Source: Okeania sp. (lineage in GTDB: Bacteria > Cyanobacteriota > Cyanobacteriia > Cyanobacteriales > Microcoleaceae). From it: 32,000 bases of DNA. The notes under the pieces were generated by a model, which saw only the letters and a program-made list of their open reading frames with translations, searched no databases and was not told the origin of the DNA. Position numbers and translations under genes: made by a program. The DNA lies in NCBI RefSeq assembly GCF_035285525.1, contig NZ_JAYKGW010000182.1, positions 1 to 32,000 of the forward strand, read 5' to 3'. The stretch's first letter is position 1. Every line of letters begins with the position of its first letter. Positions 26,570-32,000 of this stretch are shown piece by piece.

Positions 26570-27766
26570 TTAATGATTTTTCACTACATTTTGATAAACC
26601 TTTAAATGTTGATTAAAAATATTAGAAATAGAAAGTTTTTCACGCAAACTTATTAATAAATCATTAGGTTTTTCTTCTGTTTCTACCATTGATAATTCTT
26701 CTTTGATAGCTTCAGCCAATGCTTCAGCAGTATAAGGTTGGAAAGTTTGAATTGCTCCTGGTTCTATTTTATTATATTCTGCTATTTGAGGTAGATCGGA
26801 AGCTAAAATCGGACGAGCTAAAGATATCCAAGTTGATAAGGAACCAGAGGCTGAAAGAATTTCAAACGGACAGACTGCCAGATGACTTGCCATTAGATAA
26901 GTTTCTAAATCTTTTTCTGACAAATAGCCAGTTACTAATAAACGGTCTGCTACTCCTATTTTTTCTGCTAATTTTAACAGTTCTTGCCAAAAATTCTCTT
27001 GGTTTGGTGCTGGTTCTCCAGCAAATACAACTTTAATATTTTCTGATAATTTTGGCATAGCTTCAATCAGTAATCTATGACCTTTTGACCTAAAAATAAA
27101 CCCTTGCAAAGTAATTACTTTAAATTTTTCTAAACCTAAAATAGAGCGAGCTTCTGGAGGGCTAATACTAATATTTCTTTCCTCAACAAAATGGAAAATA
27201 TTGACTAATTTTCTACTAGAATAAGGAATTAATCTTTGAGATTCTGCCTTCGTACAGGTAATAACTAATTTTACTTTTTTTAATAGCCAACGAATAGTAT
27301 AAATATTTGGAATGTTATGAGAAATGTAGTTATTCCAAAAATTATTAATCGTACTTCTAAGTGATAATTTTTGAAAGTTTGAATATTTTCTTTGTTGATA
27401 ATACTCCCGTTGGAAAGCTTCTAATAAACTGTAGGGAGGATAATTAGCAGGTAAAACATCGTGGATAGTTGCTACAATTGGAGCTTGACAGTTATTAATA
27501 AAAGCTTTAATATTCTGAAATTGCTGCCATTTTTTTCCCCAAGTGTATATATTGAATTGAATATGAACTACATCAGCTTCAGAAAGTTTTTTTGCTGCTT
27601 GACTGAGTAATTTTAAATTGTTCGTTGTATTAGTTGTTAATTCTACATCAGTTTCTAGTATATCTAGATGAGATTGTTTACGAGCGGCACTAGCCAAAAA
27701 ATGACCATATCTAGTTACCCCACTCTTACTTCCAGCTAAACTAATATGTAAATATCCAATTTTCAT
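26570..27766 (-). CDS. GT-B fold glycosyltransferase (GT4/GT1-like)
   Basis: 398 aa. The C-terminal half has VVFAGE..., LLVTGYLSEKDLETYLMASHLAVCPFEILSASGSLSTWISLARPILASD. GAGGAG lies upstream of the ATG. Confidence 0.75.
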   Translation of the reverse strand: MKIGYLHISLAGSKSGVTRYGHFLASAARKQSHLDILETDVELTTNTTNNLKLLSQAAKKLSEADVVHIQFNIYTWGKKWQQFQNIKAFINNCQAPIVATIHDVLPANYPPYSLLEAFQREYYQQRKYSNFQKLSLRSTINNFWNNYISHNIPNIYTIRWLLKKVKLVITCTKAESQRLIPYSSRKLVNIFHFVEERNISISPPEARSILGLEKFKVITLQGFIFRSKGHRLLIEAMPKLSENIKVVFAGEPAPNQENFWQELLKLAEKIGVADRLLVTGYLSEKDLETYLMASHLAVCPFEILSASGSLSTWISLARPILASDLPQIAEYNKIEPGAIQTFQPYTAEALAEAIKEELSMVETEEKPNDLLISLREKLSISNIFNQHLKVYQNVVKNH

Positions 27767-27779
27767 ATCAACAATCTCC

Positions 27780-28721
27780 TCACTTTTTATTAATTAAAGT
27801 TTTAATCTGCTGCTTAATTTGACTTCTTTTTTGAGAGAGAAAAAGTTTTGATAACCGGAATAGTAATTTGAATAAATTACTATTTAACTTATACCCTATA
27901 CGAATCATATCATTCCAAACTAAAGTTTCAATATCAAGTATCATAGATGCTGATAATTCTGATTGCCAACGATTTATTAATTCTGGATTTAAAGGTTGCT
28001 TGGCATTAGCTTTCCAAGGTTCTCTCTCCACATTAACTGATGATGTGTTTCTTTGGTAAAAATTTAGCATTCTTGGTTCAAATTCAACACCAATAAAGTC
28101 ACATATATTTTGTAGTGTTTTTTCAGATTCTAGGACAAGCTTTTCATAATAAATAGTCAAAACTGATGGTTTAATTTGGATGGGTAAATGATTGATAATG
28201 TTCATATCTTTATGCCAAATTCTAGCATCACCTATGATACTTCCAGTAGACCAATAAACTTTTCGCCAAGAATTTACAACAGCTCTAGGATCGCGGATTA
28301 TATTTATAAATAATGCTGAAGGGAAAAATTTATAAATAGGTTCGATATATCTAAGATGATGAGGGGTTTTTTCTCCTACTATTTGAGCTTTTTTTAATAC
28401 TGCAAATTCTTCTAACAAGAGATTAAATAAACTACCATAGTCTCTGTTTTTTTCCAAAGCTAGTTGACGAAATTTATCTTGGTTAAGCTCCATTTCCGTA
28501 AATTCAGGTAGAGCAATTATATCGGCAATTAACTTATAATAATTTTCGTCTTCATATAAGTTACCATAAACATCCTTTTTTTGCCAAAATAATCGCATAA
28601 AATGGGTTTCAGGAGCGATCGCTATCTGGGAATGGGTGTCTAACATTTCTTGTAGTAGAGTAGTCCCAGAACGAGGACATCCTACCAAAAAAATCCTTGT
28701 TTTAATTTTATGGTGATTCAA
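27780..28721 (-). CDS. Sulfotransferase (PAPS-dependent family), apparently TTG-initiated
   Basis: 313 aa with FLVGCPRSGTTLLQEML (5'-PSB) and IIRDPRAVVNS (3'-PB). The only in-frame start upstream of the PSB loop, after the upstream TAA, is the TTG at 28721. Confidence 0.8.
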   Translation of the reverse strand: MNHHKIKTRIFLVGCPRSGTTLLQEMLDTHSQIAIAPETHFMRLFWQKKDVYGNLYEDENYYKLIADIIALPEFTEMELNQDKFRQLALEKNRDYGSLFNLLLEEFAVLKKAQIVGEKTPHHLRYIEPIYKFFPSALFINIIRDPRAVVNSWRKVYWSTGSIIGDARIWHKDMNIINHLPIQIKPSVLTIYYEKLVLESEKTLQNICDFIGVEFEPRMLNFYQRNTSSVNVEREPWKANAKQPLNPELINRWQSELSASMILDIETLVWNDMIRIGYKLNSNLFKLLFRLSKLFLSQKRSQIKQQIKTLINKK

Positions 28722-28767
28722 GGTCTTTTTTCTTTAAGTTTAACTCGATCAATATCATATAATAAAA

Positions 28768-28805
28768 GTAAGCATTTAGCTAATAGCTAACCGCTGAATA
28801 TTTAC
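28768..28805. repeat. GTAAGCATTTAGC heptamer-type element (left arm of an inverted pair)
   Basis: GTAAGCATTTAGCTAATAGCTAACCGCTGAATATTTAC, which is also internally self-complementary. Confidence 0.7.
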
Positions 28806-28938
28806 CAAGAAAAATAACTTGACTATTATTGACAATCTTTTTCCTTGTTCAAAAAAATCCTTAACTTAACTGTATTGTTTTATAAATTATAGACCTTTAA
28901 AAGCGGTTGAAAATCAAGCCTCTAAAATCAAACAAAAT

Positions 28939-28973
28939 AGCTAATAGCTAATAGTAGATGGCTGAATGCTTAC
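28939..28973. repeat. Inverted partner of the 28768-28805 element
   Basis: AGCTAATAGCTAATAGTAGATGGCTGAATGCTTAC. Its terminal GGCTGAATGCTTAC is close to the reverse complement of GTAAGCATTTAGC. Confidence 0.7.
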
Positions 28974-28997
28974 AAAGATTATAGGAGAAACATATTA

Positions 28998-30236
28998 GTG
29001 ACTATTCCTTCATTTCGGACTTTATTTATAGTTTATCAGTTACCCTATCCACCAATGGGTGGTTCTCCATTACGAAACTGGCAAAATATTAATACGATCA
29101 AAAAATATGGGGAAGTAGGAGTCTTTTCACTTTCTTATAAAAACCATAAATTTAAAACTCTTCCTGGGATTAATTCTTGGCATAATTATAATATGAATTA
29201 TCGAGGGAGCTTTAATCAAAGATTAGCTAAGAAACTATCTAAATTTTTGACTTGGCGATATCCTCTTTTCGATGACGCTTATGGAGAGGTAGGAGCCAAA
29301 AAATTACATGAACTTATGAGAACTTTTCAGCCAGATTTAGCGATAATTTCTCAGCTCACTTGTTATCCATATTTACAGATAGTTAAAAATTATAAATGCA
29401 AAATTATTTTTGATGCCCATGATATTGTTGCAGATGTTTTTCGTCAGAAATCTGGTTTATTAATTGGTGGGAAAAGAAAGCTAATAGAAAAACTGCAATT
29501 AATGGATATTAGCTCCAAAGAAGCTAAGTTAATTCGTACAGTTGACCAAATTTGGGTATGTAGTGAAACAGATAGAAAAATTTTACAAGATTTATATGGA
29601 AAAAACAGACTTTCATATATTGTACCTAATGGCATTAATATTTCTGACTATGCAAATGTGAAAAACGACAATTGCTCTCTTCCCGATCGGTTAAACTATT
29701 ATGAGAAAACGATAATATTTATTGGTTCTTTTGGCTATCAACCTAATATTAATGCTGCTAATTTTCTGATTGATAAAGTTTACCCACGACTGAGAAATAT
29801 TTATCCAGACTGTCAATTATTATTAGTAGGAAAAGACGTACCTAAAGAACTTTTAGAAACTGCCAAAAAGTACCCTAATATTATTTGTACTGGTACTGTT
29901 CCTGATGTTAAACCTTATTTAGCTGCATCTAGTATTGTTGTGACACCTTTGTTTGAAGGTGGTGGTACTCGTCTGAAAATTTTAGAAGCTTTTGCTGCTG
30001 GTAGACCAGTTGTTAGTACCACTAAAGGGGTGGAAGGAATAAATGCTCAAGATGGAAAACATTTATTAATTAGAGATGATGTTGAAGGAATAATTTGGGC
30101 TATCTGTCAACTTTGGTCAGATTTATCTTTGGGAAAAAAATTAACTGCTGCTGCTTATGAACTGGTAAGCTGGGAATACTCCTGGGAAGCAGTGGCAAAA
30201 AAAATTGAACCAGCAGTTAAGGACATTTTTCGATAA
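28998..30236 (+). CDS. Family-4 (GT-B) glycosyltransferase, GTG-initiated
   Basis: 412 aa with the signature FEGGGTRLKILEAFAAGRPVVSTTKGVEGI. AGGAG lies 11 nt upstream of the GTG at 28998. Confidence 0.85.
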   Translation: MTIPSFRTLFIVYQLPYPPMGGSPLRNWQNINTIKKYGEVGVFSLSYKNHKFKTLPGINSWHNYNMNYRGSFNQRLAKKLSKFLTWRYPLFDDAYGEVGAKKLHELMRTFQPDLAIISQLTCYPYLQIVKNYKCKIIFDAHDIVADVFRQKSGLLIGGKRKLIEKLQLMDISSKEAKLIRTVDQIWVCSETDRKILQDLYGKNRLSYIVPNGINISDYANVKNDNCSLPDRLNYYEKTIIFIGSFGYQPNINAANFLIDKVYPRLRNIYPDCQLLLVGKDVPKELLETAKKYPNIICTGTVPDVKPYLAASSIVVTPLFEGGGTRLKILEAFAAGRPVVSTTKGVEGINAQDGKHLLIRDDVEGIIWAICQLWSDLSLGKKLTAAAYELVSWEYSWEAVAKKIEPAVKDIFR

Positions 30237-31323
30237 CTGAGCGGTAAACTTCAACTGTTTCTTGGCCAATTAAATTCCAATCTAGGCGATCGCAAGCTTT
30301 TACAACCAGTCTACTCAACTCATCCAAATCAATTTTGGTACTTTTCTGCATTGTCTTCAGCAAACCTTCTTGATCTTCTGGATCGTACAATAAATCGTTT
30401 GCTTCTCCTACTACTTCTAATAACCCACCTAAACGAGGAGCAATAACTGGTTTTCCAAAAGACATTGCTAAAATCAAACTACCAGAATTTAAAATATTTT
30501 TAAATGGTAAAACTACCACATTTGCTGCACTAAAATATAGATGCAGTTTACTATTATCAACAAACTCTGGGGAAATAATTACTCCCTTTATTTCTGTGGC
30601 TAATTTTTGTAATTTTTGGGCATAACTTTCATCCCAAGGTTTACCAACAATTAACAACATATCACCAGTAAAAATATCTTGATTATCTTGCCAAACCTGC
30701 AATAAATTTTCGATACCTTTATAAGGTTTCAACAATCCTAAATTTAGATATACTTTTCCAGTTTTGGGCAAATTTAACTCTTTTCTAGCTTCTGTTAAAT
30801 CTATTGGTTTATGATAAACATCTCGATAATGACCGTGGGGAATAACTATAGCTTTTGCCGGATTAAATTTATATTCTTTGGCAATTGTTTCTACGGTCAT
30901 TTTATTCAAACAAATTATTCGATCGACCAACTTAACAAACAGTCGTCGCGTCCATAATTCTAAACCTGGAAACTTACTATCGTGACTCAAATAGTTATGC
31001 ACCGTCCATACAAATTTAAAACCAGTTAAACGAGTGATTAAAACATCAAAAAGAAACTTCAAACAGGAGAAAAAATAAAGATATTTATTCTCCCCTGTAA
31101 TATAAAAAGATATCCAGTGAATATGAACTACATCACAATGCTTTTTTCTAGCTACAGCCCCTTTAAATATAGGCAATTTACCTTTGTTATAAAGCCAATG
31201 CTCTACAGATATTCCCTGAATTACTAATGCCTGAGCTAGTAAAAATTGATAAGGATTTAGAGCTTTTTCCAGATGATCATCACTAGGCACCATTAAAACT
31301 CGAAGTTGACTAGATTTATTCAC
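30217..31323 (-). CDS. Family-4 (GT-B) glycosyltransferase
   Basis: 368 aa with VVVLPFKNILNSGSLILAMSFGKPVIAPRLGGLLEVV. Starts at GTG 31323 (or the ATG about 30 nt downstream). Its 3' end overlaps the convergent GT4 gene by 20 bp. Confidence 0.8.
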   Translation of the reverse strand: MNKSSQLRVLMVPSDDHLEKALNPYQFLLAQALVIQGISVEHWLYNKGKLPIFKGAVARKKHCDVVHIHWISFYITGENKYLYFFSCLKFLFDVLITRLTGFKFVWTVHNYLSHDSKFPGLELWTRRLFVKLVDRIICLNKMTVETIAKEYKFNPAKAIVIPHGHYRDVYHKPIDLTEARKELNLPKTGKVYLNLGLLKPYKGIENLLQVWQDNQDIFTGDMLLIVGKPWDESYAQKLQKLATEIKGVIISPEFVDNSKLHLYFSAANVVVLPFKNILNSGSLILAMSFGKPVIAPRLGGLLEVVGEANDLLYDPEDQEGLLKTMQKSTKIDLDELSRLVVKACDRLDWNLIGQETVEVYRSVIEKCP

Positions 31324-31386
31324 AACATTTATATTCCTACTTAATTCCTTTTTTTACTAAAATTAATTTGTTCATTTGTTAAATTT

Positions 31387-32000
31387 TCAATTATTTTTGG
31401 TGGATATGCTCTTAATATAACCTAACAATTTTTTATAAAGTATAGGTGGTAAAAAAATAAATCCCAGGCTTTTAACAAAGATTGCAAAAATCAACCTGAA
31501 ATCCGATTTTAAATAAGGATCATTGAGAGCATAAAGCAAAATAAATTTCATCACTATCAAGCCTTTTTTTGGTGTTGGTTGAGAGTCAATTGTTTTGCAA
31601 GTAAGATATTTATAAATATTTGCCAAGCTCTGTTTTTTTAGGTGTTGAAGAGATGCTGGGGCGCGTTCAAAAGCACTTTCTATTACCTTCAAACATTCTT
31701 GCCCTTGTCTAAGAGCATTAGAAGAAATTGAATTAGTAGAAAATCTGTACAAAATCTGAGGTTTTTCTACTGCCACAAAATGATATTTTTTTCCCAGTCT
31801 TAAATACAGTTCCCAATCTTGACCTCCCTTTAACGACTCATCAAAACCACCTATGTCGTTGATAGCTTCTCTTTTAATTAGAGGATTAGAACCATTTTCT
31901 AAAAAATTCCTCACCAATAGCTCAGAATAAACATCGCCATTAAAAACAACACGCCCACCATGCTTGATCAAATTTCCAGACTTATCAATATAATCAGTCC
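31387..32000 (-). CDS. Family-2 glycosyltransferase, C-terminal part; the 5' end lies outside the window
   Basis: The frame stays open to the right window edge (..TDYIDKSGNLIKHGGRVVFNGD..). It carries the GT2 C-terminal signature GGFDESLKGGQDWELYLRL, and the tail is hydrophobic. Confidence 0.75.
   Translation of the reverse strand, partial: TDYIDKSGNLIKHGGRVVFNGDVYSELLVRNFLENGSNPLIKREAINDIGGFDESLKGGQDWELYLRLGKKYHFVAVEKPQILYRFSTNSISSNALRQGQECLKVIESAFERAPASLQHLKKQSLANIYKYLTCKTIDSQPTPKKGLIVMKFILLYALNDPYLKSDFRLIFAIFVKSLGFIFLPPILYKKLLGYIKSISTKNN

Noticed and set aside
8208-29635. Other short antisense track ORFs (8208..8450, 11289..11489, 14309..14503, 14771..14974, 16060..16320, 23310..23549, 24476..24718, 26719..27036, 27868..28059, 29444..29635)
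   Set aside because: Each lies opposite a longer ORF with clear family motifs. Their products are Leu/Ile/Phe/Asn-rich, as expected from AT-rich antisense frames.
1-32000. Search for tRNA, rRNA, tmRNA, riboswitch-like or cas/transposase genes
   Set aside because: I saw no GGTTCGAATCC-type T-arm, rRNA-like conserved block, DDE transposase or integrase ORF by eye. The mobile DNA present appears to be non-autonomous (MITE/STRR type) only.

Overview
AT-rich chromosomal window from a filamentous, Nostocales-type cyanobacterium. Support for this: about a dozen HIP1 GCGATCGC sites, STRR-like heptamer arrays, MITE-like hairpin repeats and ndhB. No tRNA, rRNA or CRISPR array was seen. Left third (1-10.6 kb): a 5'-truncated FGE-domain gene, a decayed DUF4351/Rpn-like pseudogene next to a PIN-toxin remnant, ndhB, a small ORF with its own terminator, rpiA, a small TIGR03792-like gene, and a 1216-aa double-TPR/GT41 (SPINDLY/O-GlcNAc-transferase-like) protein with a perfect 74-bp in-frame internal duplication. 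Centre (10.9-13.1 kb): a tightly coupled DNA methyltransferase plus putative restriction endonuclease, followed by a small unexplained ORF; this looks like an accessory insertion bounded by repeat blocks. Right half (13.2-32 kb): a hormogonium-polysaccharide (hps)-type locus. Its core, 28721 down to 13215, lies entirely on the minus strand: sulfotransferase, GT4, sulfotransferase, GT2 (HpsE-like), sulfotransferase, giant 1664-aa HpsA, then pseudopilins HpsB, HpsC, HpsD and a fifth HpsD-paralogous pseudopilin with its own terminator-isolated upstream region carrying a 4 x 34-bp tandem repeat. Three more glycosyltransferase genes follow at the right edge. The most interesting system is this pseudopilin/giant-protein secretion module joined to a glycosylation module with three sulfotransferases. 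No ATPase, platform protein or secretin is encoded in the window. All family assignments come from motif recognition in the translated ORFs, not from database searches.
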